Part shown: positions 11,221 through 25,714 of the stretch, one piece after another | Layout: each line of letters opens with the position of its first letter | Position numbering within the stretch: the first letter of the stretch is position 1 | Assembly (NCBI RefSeq): GCF_964355755.1 | Contig: NC_092672.1 | Location: 20,659,237 to 20,723,236, forward strand | Length of the DNA: 64,000 nucleotides | Source: Antedon mediterranea | Taxonomy: Eukaryota; Animalia; Echinodermata | Direction of reading: 5' to 3' | Notes under the pieces: generated by a model | What the model saw: the letters and a program-made list of their open reading frames with translations, nothing else | Databases searched by the model: none | Told to the model about the DNA's origin: nothing | Translations under genes and position numbers: made by a program

Positions 11221-14200
11221 GTAGGCAAGTTTACACTGTTTTAGGATAATAGCATTTAACCAGCAACAATTTAAGCAATGCTATCACATTAGCAACTTAA
11301 TAAATTGTTCTATTAGCTTATGATATGGAAACAAAAGAGAACTAAAACAAGTAACTAAATAAATTAAATAGTGACAACAAATTACAGTATTACAATGAAC
11401 AAAATAATCACTGTAGTGCTTATATGCTGTTGGCTCATTTGATGTGATTGTTTTGCTTTAATTATTTGACCAGCATAATACATCAACACATTAACATACA
11501 ATACAACATAGAGATGAAAAATGCTGGGCAGGGGCAACTTAAGTAAAATACATTACTGTAAATCAAGTCAGCCAGCTACCCCTCATACAAAACAAAATAA
11601 TTAAATACAAATTTCATTCAAATTTTTCTATAAAAATATGTCTACAAAATTAATGTAAATACAAAATTTAAGACAAGAAGAAAAAAAAACTTATTTATTT
11701 GGGCAATCTAATATTATTATAATGATATGATTTGGAGTGGAGCTGTGGCTTGGTGGTTATGATGCTGGGCTACCAATCTAAGGGTCCTGGGTTCAAGTCC
11801 TGTCATATGTCAGGGTTTTTTTCTCATGACAATTTACAACTCCACTCCCAAAGACTTAATAATAAGTCTTTGTCTATGTAGAGCATCTTGTGTATATGTT
11901 TGTCTCTACTGTTTGTCTTATATGTCTAGTGCAGTATATGGAAAGCCATCTCGATAGTGCTTTGCACTCATGGCAATCCTCAGGGTGCTGCACCGCTGTG
12001 TTGTCATGTATGTTTGCCTGAAAATTGAATAAAATAAAATAAAATAAAATAAAAGATAATATTGTAATATAATGGCTGTAATTTAATACAACATGGAATG
12101 TATGTTGTCGTATATGTTTACTATAGTATATGAATTTTAATGAAAAATGTAACTGAATGCATATTGATCTATATGTTTTATTTCATAGATTGCAAGAGAA
12201 AAAACTGCTGAAGAAATTTGCCATTTCATTGTTAGCAACAATGCTGTCAACATCAAGAACCAGGTATACAATCAATTTGTTTTCCCTTGTAATGAATTTG
12301 ATAATACAAACCTTAAATTACTTGACACTAATTAAAGTGCATCAATACTAATTTGTTTTTAAGATCTTTTATAAGTGTTCTCTGGTTGCATATTTGTAGT
12401 TAACATTCACACTGATTGTTAAAAGCATCATATTTGTTTCACTTCTTGAGTATTTTTTAGTGTTAAAAAGTATATTGTGTGTTTATATCTTATCTTAGCT
12501 GTATGTTAGATGGTTTGTCAATATAATTTAGTACATTATAGTCTTTCAGTACAATTTGCTTAGACAATTTGATTGGCTAATACCCGATTTGAATAATGGC
12601 TTGGTAACCCAATCCCCTGTAATTGTAATTAATTTCAGAATCTGAACAATGATATAATTATTCATCTGTTGAACAAATAACTAAACAAACTTCATAAGGA
12701 ATATATACATCACTGAAAAAAAATACAACGCACAAGGCAGTGAAAAAAAGGATGAACATGTGTCAAACACTTCTATCTATACGGCCATACTGCGTTGAAA
12801 CACCGGTTCTCGTCAGATCACCGACGTTAAGCAACGTTGGGCCCGGTTGCGTTCTGGATGGGAGACCGTCTAGAAATCGTGACGGGTGCTGTATATACTG
12901 GAGAGTGATGGTGTAATGGTAATATCGGACTAGCATGTGATAGGCATGGGTTCGAGGTTTATCTGTACCATACTAATTGCATCCTTAGGCAAGATGCTTT
13001 ACTCTCATGGCCTAATCTGGTAGGCGCTGCACTGCTGGCTGCCGTGGGTCCGTGGAGGGCCTAATCCTAATTTCCTCACTGAGGACAAATATTAATACAA
13101 AATACAAAAAAAAAAAATACAAAATATCCACATTGGACCCCTTGTACAAATAACAAAACATAAAAATACAAACATTTAGGATATAACAATAGCTGAAATG
13201 GTACTTTTTCCAGTTTCATATATAAAGCACACAGACGCAACATACCAACATTTACGACCTGGCCACAACAAGCATAATGGAGGTACATACCTAATAGGTG
13301 ACAGTGGCTAAGGCTGCTTTTGTGCTTTCCTACATTGTCATTCATGCTTATATTAACAAATAATGCCTATTTTTTTCTCTCTCTCTCTTTTGAATATAGA
13401 TTACTTTTTAAAGGCACATAATTTAGCTCATCAGCTTTTGTATTTTTGTTATATGAACAAATTTCACACAGCAGTTTCATTTATTAAACTTTATCACTGA
13501 AAGAAAAATACAAGGCACAAGGCAGTGAAAAAAGTGATGAACAGGTGTCAAACACTTCTATCCACATTGGACCCCTTGTACAAATAACAAAACATAAAAA
13601 CACAAACATTTAAGATATAAAAATAGCTGAAATGATTCTATTTTAAGTTTCATATATAAAGCATGCAACATGCCATCATTTACAACCTGGATTTCACACA
13701 GCAGTTTGAAACAAACAATTCAATTTTCCATTTATAAAATGTACCATAACATTAACAAATTGACAAAACCTAACCATTTAAAAAAAAAAAAAACCTAAAA
13801 CATGGTAGAACACTGGAGGCCTTTTGTTTCCCCTTCCACCACCAGTCCCTGTGGCTGATTGTTCAAACTTTATATGATCATTTAAATGATCATCCCAACA
13901 TAGGTATGATGCTATTTTGACACCAAGATTAGTTTGTGTTTTCTCAAAGATACAACCATTCTTCTGATAAAAATATGTGATGAGATGTTTATCATGTGAT
14001 ATAGAAATAATTTGAAAATTAATTTCCCATGTTACTCCATTGAATAAGAACATCATGTCCATCTGCAGCAAATGACAGTCATCAATGTTAATGATTGACT
14101 TGTAACATTTTCCCTATTTAAAATATACGTCATGAACCAATCATGCACATTAATTTAGATGTTGGTGCACTACCCACTGCTTCTTGAGGCTGACATCAAA

Positions 14201-17200
14201 CCCTATCAGCTCAAGCTCTGTGTTGTATACAGATTTAACCACCAGACCAGTGACTGTTTTATTACTACAGTATTACTATTTTATTATTGTATTAAATTAT
14301 TCAAGACCCAACAGTGTATCAAAACACCAACCAACACAGGATCAAAATAAAAGTACAATATAACATATTTACATGATAAAAATATTAACATAATTAAAAA
14401 AATATTCATTAAACATTAACAATTCAACAGATTTAGTTATTCAAGTTATTTAAAATGACATTAAATGCTGTATAAGTATTAATGTGTAAGTATTACAACT
14501 AAAAATATCAATGTTAGGAAAAATTTAACTAGATCATTATAAAGCTCTGTTTACACTATTAAACTTTATGTGACAAAAAAAATGTGATTTGCCCATATAT
14601 GGACAAAATGATGCCATATCACCACCATATTTGGGCAAATCACCACCATATTTGGGCACATCACACATTTTTTTGTAAATCTAGTCTAGTGATAGTGTAG
14701 ACATAGCTGAAGTTGAGCAACATGACAGAAAGAACTGTTTTTACTATATAACAGGCACATGAACATGAGTTTTAAACCGCCTGATTATATACTGAAATTT
14801 GAATAATTAATTTGAAACAATAAAGATGAGGAAACATAAGAATATTTAAATTACAAATAAATTGACATTTAGTCCTTATGACACTCAAATCTTAAAACAT
14901 TAATCCCCTCAACATTTTAAAAATTCTATAAGAATAATATTTAATATAATGTTGTTTTACTCTACTATCACTTTGTTCTATATTTATTTTACTACATGTT
15001 TGTGTCTTTGTCTTTCTGATTCTGAAATATTTAAAGTTATTGGTGAACTGTACACAGTAGGCACATTGTAAATAAACTATAGAAATTGATACCAAGAACT
15101 ATGTTTATCCTCTTTCTTTTAGAGATTCAAGAGGCATTTTGTGGATCATTTAATTCAAGATGTTCTCAATAATCCTCATTATGAGATTATTTGAAAAATA
15201 TGTTAGCACTGTTAAAATAAAAAAACCAAGTTCACATGAAGAAAATGTTGTGAATGAAATCATTAAGATTAGATTTGGGTTATGGCTGGTAGATGGTATA
15301 CATTAAAAAAAAAAAATAATAAATAGTAAACTGAATCAACAAATTAAACTTGTATAAATGATGACAAATACTCACAATAAAAGCTTAAAAAATGTTTGCT
15401 CATTTGACTGGCACATAATTAGTATGTTATGTTCAGGCCTAATCTATATATAAATTTACGTAAGGGCAAAATTCGGTAAATCGCGCCTTACTTCTAGAAT
15501 TTTCACTTGATGGTATGTAAAGTTGGTTCGTACTTTCGGTACTGATTTTAACCGCCTGATGTAACCCTGTTTACTAATTAAATTGAGTTAGATAATTAGT
15601 TATTGACGATTAAAACGAATTTAGGTTCAAAGATTTGCCCCAAATAGGGGTGTTTTCCGATCGTGGTATACACTGTCTAATGGATGTCCATCTTGAAAAA
15701 TACCTGCCAAAAAAATGCGAGGAGGCTTTGCATTTTTCTATCTCCTCCTACGATAATTGTTTTTAATAGCTGAAAACCGGTTGAACAGCTAGAGTACACC
15801 ATCATAATGTTGAAGACAGGCCGATTTTCTTTAAAAAATACTATTTTGATAGATTTAATATACGATTATACAAATGTATTGATTTGCGATGAATGGAACA
15901 TCCCAATCTCTCAGTCTGCCAGAGTTTGGTTTAACACAAGTACTGTAGGTAAATTTATGAGCCCTTGGTTTAACACATACGGTAGGTAAATATATGGGCC
16001 CTTTGAGAATAAACTTGCAATACTTTGACAATACTGTAAATACCTATTAACTATTTTTCATTTGAATCGAACATTTCTTACTGTGAATGTTCGTACTGTT
16101 AGATGTAATATAAAAATATATACAAATAAACTTTATTACTGAGACTGTGGATAGGCTCTACTGTTAGATATACAAATAAACTTTATACTGACAGTTCCTT
16201 CTCAACGTTTGTATTAATTAATAATTACCAAAAATATAAACGTCGTAGTGGTGTATCGTGACATGTACTTTAATATTTCAATCGATTATGACAGTGACAG
16301 TTTTAACAAAGTATTAAATCGCAAATGTTTTAGGCCTACTGTATTTAGAGGTATATTATTTATACTATATAGGCCTATAAAACATGAACAAAATATTTCG
16401 TTACTCAGTGGATAAAAAATATATTTAAAAATTTTTCCTCTTTGTACCTATCCGCTTTCCCATCCCTCAACCCTAATGTTACATAGCGAGGAGGCTTCGC
16501 ATTTTCCTATCTCCTCCTACGATAATTGTTTTTAATAGCTGAAAACCGGTTGAACAGCTAGAGTACACCATCATAATGTTGAAGACAGGCCGATTTTCTT
16601 TAAAAAATACTATTTTGATAGATTGCTAGAGTACACCATCATAATGTTGAAGACAGGCCGATTTTCTTTAAAAAATACTATTTTGATAGATTTAATATAC
16701 GATTATACAAATGTATTGATTTGCGATGAATGGAACATCCAGTTTGGTTTAACACAAGTACTGTAGGTAAATTTATGAGCCCTTGGTTTAACACATACGG
16801 TAGGTAAATATATGGGCCCTTTGAGAATAAACTTGCAATAGGTTCGGAAAATGTTAAAAACCAATTTCTATTATTTGAATCGGTAAACAGTTTCCATTTA
16901 TTATACATTGATAATGAAACATGAAATATTCCTATTTATGTCCCTCGAGGTTCATTACAATTTATATTTAGTAGTCCCACGGACTTCATCTTAGCCACTC
17001 CCCCGAGTGCTAAGGCCAAATTTATGATACCCTACTTTCTATGTAAGTTTAGTTACAGTTAGTTCTTGACGATAATACAACGAATTTAGGTTACACCCTT
17101 CGGCCGCGAAAACGTTTCTGTACAAATATGATACCGATTGGCTTTATTTCATTCAACAGCGACCATAATCTCGCCAATTACAGGATAGATAAACTATTTT

Positions 17201-20200
17201 ATTATTGATGTGCTTATAAATTAAGACTCATGTAAACAGCTTGATTACATCATTTTACAGATAAACGAAACTTTTTTAAACCTACTGTTTCAATAACTGA
17301 GTATAATACAGTATACGTTTTCATAAGTAAGTGCATATACATTTTCGTGTTTTCATTGACGAGATTGTAATAGTAACTTCAGTAACTATTACAGTACTTA
17401 TTTATTATACGACACAAGACAATTGTATCTGACAGGTACGTACATTATTCTAAAAAATAAGTCTAGATAGATCTCTTAGGCGTCATAAATCACAGGCCAA
17501 CAAATCAGTACTCATGACAGAAATTCGACCCAGTTTGGTTCACACAAATGTTTACAGGAAGTTCAACACCACAACCGATGATTTGCCCTAAATATTTAGG
17601 TAGACTACAGTTTAATTTTTCACTGAATAGGAGCTTGAATTTCCGATTTCCATTTCGCAGAATGTCTAGGTCTATTTATTTAGTTTGGTTCTTATAATAT
17701 ATAAATACAATCAACTTTATTACTGCGGTTCCATCACCACCACCACGTGCCGCCGCCCAATTCCCGTACATACATTTCCATTTCTCCCTAATTTCTTTAA
17801 TCCACATAAATTAATTGTCCTTTATGGAATCCAGTATTGGTTTTGTTGTCTCTATTTCTGAATACCCCAATTAGGGGGACACTTCCGTTTTTGTTTAGTG
17901 TCCCAAAAAAGTCCCCGTCCGTGGATTCTACTGTATTCGAGAACCATCTGTGAGCACCCCTAGATGGTACGCGAGCGAAGCGAGCGTGCCATCTAGTTTA
18001 TCTAATTTTCTTTAGTACCGTACTTGACTACAGTCGGTATAACATAGTATAATAGCAATAATTCATGTTATTCTTTCAATGAATGTGAACATACTGTCTG
18101 TTATTATTTACTAGATCCTAAATGTATATCAAAGCAATGCTGAAAATTAGTATTATACCGTATTGTTTTTGTTATACAGATATTAAGTTTTAATTGATTA
18201 ATTTTATTAGATATATTTTTGACACAGCAAAATAATATGATTGTAAAAAGGTGATGTTATATTAAATTACACTGTCAATTGTGTATGAAATAGAAATGCC
18301 TACACACAAACACACACTAATCAGTAGGCCTAAATGATTATCAGCAAGTATGCTTATTACAAGTTGGAGTGGTGTAATTGAATAGTGAAAACCTGTTATT
18401 AACAGCTACAACACAATTTGAAATTTAAAATAAATTTTCCAGATTTATAATTGCACTGTAAAATAATACTATAAAATTGTTCAAAATATGTAGGATGAAG
18501 GTTTATTTTAAAATAGCTTTTAAATTCTGCCCAACTATTTCAAAATAAAATTGATTATAGATGATATAGTTCTAGTATTATCTGTTTTATATTTCATAAT
18601 TCAAGTATACCTTGATCATGACCATAAGAATAGTTTACAAAAAACAATACATTTTACAATGCTTATAGAAATAATCATTTAAAGTTGATAGTTATTAGAA
18701 AAATATCTTTCAACATTGAAAACAAAGTAATAAACTGTTATCAATTAAGGATATTTATTTACAAGATTATTAGTCATTTTTTTGTTTAGATATTAAGGAA
18801 TAAGATGTACATGTTTTGTAACTTTGTTTACTATTTAATATTTTCAATAGAATGGCACTACAGCGTTGATGTGTGCTGCTTTGGGAGGTAATGCAGCCAT
18901 CTGCCATCAACTTATTGATGGTGGAGCTGATATTAACCTACAAGATAAGGTAAGTAATACGCACATTTTTTAAATAAAATTATTGAACCTTCAGTGAAAC
19001 AAATCAATGAATTGAAACTATTGTTTTAGAATTTATATGCTACCACCACTATAACTTTAGGAAAATCATATATTGTCTCTTAGTGTACGTGAATTCTGTA
19101 ATCCGATTGGTCAATATATGAGATATAATTCCGTATTACGCCCATTACTCAGTCAAGTGGATCAGAAGGGTAATATATCCCGTATACCTGTTTGATGTTT
19201 CTACGCGCGCGGTGTTTATGTATTGTATTTTTGTCGTTGAGCGCATGCGTAGTTGTGATTTCAACCATCGAATATGAACCAGTCTCTTGTCCAATTGCTT
19301 ATATGTGTACACTAAGAGATAAAATCGTTGCACCCTATAATAACACAATACTGGTGTGTGTACTGTATATAGGTCAATATAGAAATGATGTAATAACTTA
19401 TTTTCTTCTCACATAAAACATTTTACATATTCTCAAAATATTCTGTTTAAACTTGCAATCAAATGTTTGTATTAAGAAAATGTATACTTCAAGTTACTTG
19501 TTTACAACATTAATATGTGTATTCAATAATATACACATTTATTTTCCATAATTCGTTGCCGAATGCTGCTTTAGAAATAAAGTGTGAAATGAATTTTACA
19601 GCACAGTTTTTAAATATTTTTGCTATTGATTATAATAATTTAACTACTATACTGTAAAATAAAAAATGCTGATAGCATACACCTAATCATCAAAGTTTGT
19701 ACAGTTAAATGGTATCAAAGTCAGTATGTTTTATAAATTGATAACATTCAATAGAATGCTCATAACACAAACTTTATTCTTTTGAATATTTAACTGTATT
19801 TTAGTATTAGGCAGGTTAGATAACAGGAATAACATTTGTTAATATAAGTTTAAAAAATAAATGTACATTTTAAAAAAAGGTTGTGAATATGAATCATGTC
19901 TATCATCAACCTCCACCTTGATTCCTTTGCTCTTTATATTTTACACATATATTATACAAAATTTCATATTTTGGGTGGTATTGTTCTGTATAATTTTGAA
20001 GATTCTAAGTTGTTTAAATTTAACCAATGGCAGCATATCATATTGAGTTGCTCCTACAGCCTTGTGTTAAATGTTAGTTGGAACCATTGTTATAATTTGA
20101 AATCTTTCGGTTTATGAACCAAATCCAAGCCTATTAAATTCTATTGGCTTGCTACTCATATATCTTATATAAATTTAGCCATTAGGCCTTTCAACAATCT

Positions 20201-23200
20201 ACAACATTCTAATTTTTATGGGCTAATTAAAATGCAGTATTATTATTATTTGAATTTTCGAAATCTATAGCGTTAAGCTAATCTTGGTTTATTTAAAACG
20301 GATTTTAAATTGCTAAAAGATCACATAACCAAAAAAAACTTGTAATTTTTATTTTTTGGTGTTAAACAGTTTATGAGAAAAAATTGCCTTACTTGAAGCG
20401 TAACAGTATTGTGGTTATAATCAAGAAATTGCAAATTTCAAGGCAATTAAATTAGTTTACACTGATAAAGGTACACACAAGTGTAGCCAACAATTCTTGA
20501 GTAAGCTACATTTTAATTTCTACATAATGCATTGCTCTATAGTTCTAAATTTACGACTGAACCTCGCTCTTCAATATTAGTTTGAATTATACTAAATTGT
20601 TTGGTCTATAAATGAAAGGAAAATTTCTTATATAGTAGTTTTCATTAATTCATTTATTTTTAATCCCATGAATTATTAAACAAATAATTACATATCTAAT
20701 ATGTATTTTTGTTTATGTGCATAGTAGGCTAGATAATAAGCAGCACTCAGCACAATCAATTGATTGTCTACAAGATTGCAATTGTACAACTCTGTCAATA
20801 ACCAATGCAAATTACATATAATTCTAGCATTCAATTTGTTATCAAACAATAGATAACAAATTTAATACATAGCAAAGCAGAATTATTTCTATGAATTAAA
20901 ATGTACCACATGTATAGTAATGAACACAATGATGATGAAAACAATTATGAAGTATTATATCAAGAAGATATACTGTCACACTTTGTAATAAATCAAATCA
21001 AATCAAATCAAATCTTTATTCGTTCCATATACTAAATTGTACATGGAAAAATTGTTTTCCTCGATAGAAAAATATGGTAAAACATTCATAATGACATAAT
21101 ACATAGAACAGGGAGTAATAACAACTCCCTGATCTGATAGTGAAGATGATACACCTTTAAAGCTGTTTTTCAACTTTCATTTTGCATTAGTGTTTAGTGG
21201 TTACAAAAATATATAAACCACAAAATGATAATTGTCCAACGCTTTCTGTGTACCAATCCAGTTGTACCCAATGTTTCAAATTAATTGATCAAAAATATTT
21301 GTGGTTAATTAAATTAAATTCCACAAATGTAAAATTTATGGAGGGCGACATTCACTAGTTTATCTAAATTTTGTGCACAATAAAAAGAAGTTTGCTATTC
21401 ATTTTGTATAACAAACACATGGAATATTTTAAAACACATTTTGTTTCTATTGTTCACTAATCGTTGTATACAAATATTGTTTTATAGCATTGCTATGTTT
21501 TAATATTGTTGGTGTTCCACTTTAGTGCTTTTTGACAATTAGGCTTAAATATAGTTGTTACTGTGTACAAAACAATATCAGTTTTTTTTGTGGCAACAGT
21601 GTACAGTTATATGCTCTAATTTAAAATATAATCTTTAATGTGTATTATTATCAATACATAATGCTATACATTATGTTTTTTCACGCTATGGTCATAAATT
21701 TCCATTTGAAACACTTTATAAAACATTGAAAACAATAGTGTCTTGACCATTTTATTAAATTAAATATTTTTTTTAAACAGTATTTAATCAATAGTTAAAG
21801 GTGTATTGTCCTCAAAATCATGAAAAATGAAGATTAATTAAATCAGATTTTGAATATGTTATTTTGTAGGGTTTTAATAAAGTTACTGTAAGTATCACTT
21901 CCGTAGAAAAAAAACGAAAAATAATATTGTTTTAACTTATAAAATGACAAATAAATGGTTAAATTCAACCAAAAACCCATTGACTGGCAGCCAATTTGAA
22001 CATTTTTTCATTAAAATATTTAATTTGAAATATTTTCAGGTAAATACATTTTTTTTGGATCAAATTTTTGGTCAAAATGGATAACTATTATGTTACATTA
22101 AAATGGCATATTCAACATATTGTTCAAAATAATTTTTTTTTTCAGGCAGACATTACATCTTTGACAAAAACACTTAAAATTTCACAAACCTTCAATTTTT
22201 TTTACATATGATTTTGTATTTTAAAAGTGCAATTTTCACAAATTGTTTTTTAGACAAGTCACTTATATGCCCATGATCCCTGTGTATTATAATTATCAAA
22301 GATGCTAGTTGTACTGGATATTTTAGTATGATGTTTTATTCATCATCTTTATTAATGTATTTTGCCATACTCTTTTTTATTGTCAACACACTACCAACTC
22401 TGTCCACCACCTCCTCCTCATTAAATAGTGAAGAGCAATGATATTAAAGGATGTAATATACACCCATTTTAGACCCATTTTTAGTTTTCCATAATACATT
22501 ACAAGGGCCTATACATTTTATATTACACAGTGCCCTCACTCATCATTTATTTTACTTTTTAAAATTTCTTTTTTTGTTCGCACTTTCAGTACCAGTGTAC
22601 TGTTCAACAAAAACCAATGTACTTGACAGTGATTATTTTGCTTTTTATTAAAAGAAAGAAATTAACAAACACAAATAAAAAATAAAACTTGGTCTACTAA
22701 AATCCGTAAATAAGTGCATATATATTAAAAGCTTTGGTTGCAGTGCAAGTTAGTTGACCAATAACCAGTAATTTGTTTAGTTTTGATTAGGTGTACTGTA
22801 ATAATATCATAGGCTATAAAACATGTACATTTACTATCAAAATTTATATCCTAATGAATTTCAACATTTCTTAAGAGCTACAGTAAATGTAACTTAGTCT
22901 ACAACCTAGTTTTCCTGATAATATCTATCTGAGATAAAACTTTGTTTTAATACACTTATTGATAGATTTGATAATAAAACAAAGGGATTGTCATTGGCAA
23001 CCCTTATCACCATGGTTAGGAAAAGACTGAATAAGTCAAATTGTTAAAGACTGTTCGTTTCATGTCCAGGATTTGAATTATTTAATTTTTATGCGGGGAA
23101 ATTACTATTAGTCAATCAATGAATTCTACTACAAATAGAAATATGTTGTAAATGCAATATTGTGGGCATGCAATGCATGGTGGTGGGGTGTTTACTCAAG

Positions 23201-25587
23201 GAAATAGTAGGAGGAGGTGGGAGGGTTGTCCAAATGATGTTCTATGGGGATTATTCAAAAAAGGGTGTTTAATCAAATTGTCATTCATGCACCCTACCAG
23301 GTCCCCATCTCTGAAACCTATCAGCACTACTTCCAGCCAGGTCCAATACATTTTCTAGTAAAAAGACCCCCACCTTCATTAACAACCCAGAAAATGGGCA
23401 TTTGATATGGAACACAATCTAAATTGTTTGTCACCGAAGTTGAGCTTGAGTGACAGTCGATACTGAAACACACATGGAATTTGATTTAGTGATTTGAATA
23501 AAATAAATTTAATTAATTTCAAACAATGACAATTTATTTAATTTATTTAAAAATTGATATCAAAATATAAAGCATTTTGTTCATTTAATCTGGGGATGGC
23601 AATTGGGTAAAAAATAAATAATAATAATTTAAGTATAGCTAGTGAAATAGTTTGTTTAGCAGAATTGCTATGGAAGTTTATTCAATAATATAGTTCTACT
23701 GTTACCACTATTACATTCTAGAATGATTAATTAAAACCAAACATGTTGAGTGCTTTTCTTCCTTTTTAGCTTACATACATTTTGCCATTTTGGTGCTTAA
23801 TATCAGGTGAATAGCATTAAAGTTGGCACCACCTGCAGTTGATTGAATGTATCAGTTAAATGTTCTTGATTATAATTTCCAGGGCATGGACCTATTATCA
23901 TTGATACAACTGAAGTATCTTAACCCTTATCTATCTTATCTAGTTTGTTAACTCTTCTCAAAATGAATTAACAAGGTTCTTCTAGATAATGTAGTGTTTT
24001 TTCGTTTGTTTTTTTGTTCACTTGCCTAATTTTAGGTCTTGAAATTTAAAAATGAATATTTGGTTGAAAGAAATGAAAAAATGATGAAAATGAGAGCCTC
24101 TGTTTAGGATGTACACCTTTATGTATTAAACAGTATAGTTGTAAAACAAAATGAGAGTGATAATGGGTTATTACATTCTATATACTTAAATTATGCATGG
24201 CTACGTATGGCTGTGTATTAATTATATAAACAGTTTAATTTTCTATTAATACCAAACATATTGGATAATCATTTGACTAATATCAAAAAAAGTTTATTGT
24301 TTAATAATATTTTGCTTTTATAAATAATCATAGTTATACTAAATAAAATACCAAAAAGTAATGAATTTATTATTTAAAGTTTTTATTATTCTAATACACA
24401 ACAGAAATTAGTTTTGCTTATTATTAGTCTGTGAATCTTTTTAGTTTCTTTGTAATAATAGTTATTTCTTGTTTATATTGTTTTAAAAGTATTTGTACTA
24501 AAAAAATATTACTTTAATAAGTAGTATTTTTAATGATTTCAGTAGGCTGTTAATCATTTTAGTTGTATGCCTAATTACTGTAATTATATTATAAATTGTC
24601 AATATTATCTTGTAGTTTAAAAAGTATAAACTAAAATATAATAAATTAAGACTCTTTGTACACATGTTGTACATCATTGCTTTTTTTGTTGTTGTACATC
24701 ATTGCTTTTTTATACCGTTGCCACCGCATTTTCGGTCTTTGCAATACCCATGTTTATACTGTTATATACATTAATATCTTTCCTTTTTTAGTAGTGCCAT
24801 CTATGTTTTGATATTTTCCAAAAATGTTATAGTGCATGCTATTAGTGTGGACATACTATCATAAAACCTCTCAATATTTCATTTGTTCAAGTTGAGATGT
24901 CATACTTTAATTCATCGTTCACATCAGCAGTTGATTGAATGTAATGTTTAAATATTATCTACTCAACAAAAATATGTTCCATTTGTATAATGTACAGTAA
25001 GCATTAATAAACTTTACATTATTTTTTCTTTGCGTATCTAAATACCCTATAAAGTATGAATACACATGTGGTTGATAACCACAATAAAATAAAATATAGA
25101 TAAATTGGCCAGACAAATTGGTACACATACTGGCCCACATCTTTCTGTTTCACTACATTATACTGGTACTGCCAGTAACTGCTGCTGCTAATAACATTAT
25201 CAATTCCAATTATTCAGACAACAATGAATACAAATAAAAAACAACAAAAAAACAACTTTTTCCCATAAAAAAGACTTTCTGAGATAACAGTTTTAATTAT
25301 TGTTCTTTCTTCATTAAATGCTATTTTTTAAATTGATATTCTATTTAATAATTTAAGAAATAAAGATTTATTATCAATTATTTTTGTTTAAAAATCAGTA
25401 GTAAACATTTTGTGTCACATAAAAATAGTTTGAATTACTATAGACAATAGTACTATGCATATTCTTAGTGGCGTTACTCCTTAAGGTTGGAGTGACCCAC
25501 TCATACCCCCAAACATTTCAGTGAACAAAAACATGTATAATTTGTCATGAGCCTTCGTTGTACAGCAGCAGCCGACAAACGTACTCA

Positions 25588-25661
<74 letters not shown>

Positions 25662-25673
25662 CGAGTACGTTTG

Positions 25674-25714
<41 letters not shown>

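Noticed and set aside
12778-12896. Functional 5S rRNA genes (also 25709-25828)
   Set aside because: No oligo-T terminator, an altered 3' domain, fusion to a tRNA-like unit and tail, a TSD and an empty site all indicate SINE heads.
13778-14071. ORF with TGTGGG..PVFY, reminiscent of a Harbinger Myb/SANT protein
   Set aside because: The motif is too short and I found no TIRs.
24105-24155. GCTPLC resembling a decayed ankyrin exon
   Set aside because: Wrong phase relative to the AG, an early stop, and no further consensus or donor 99 nt away.
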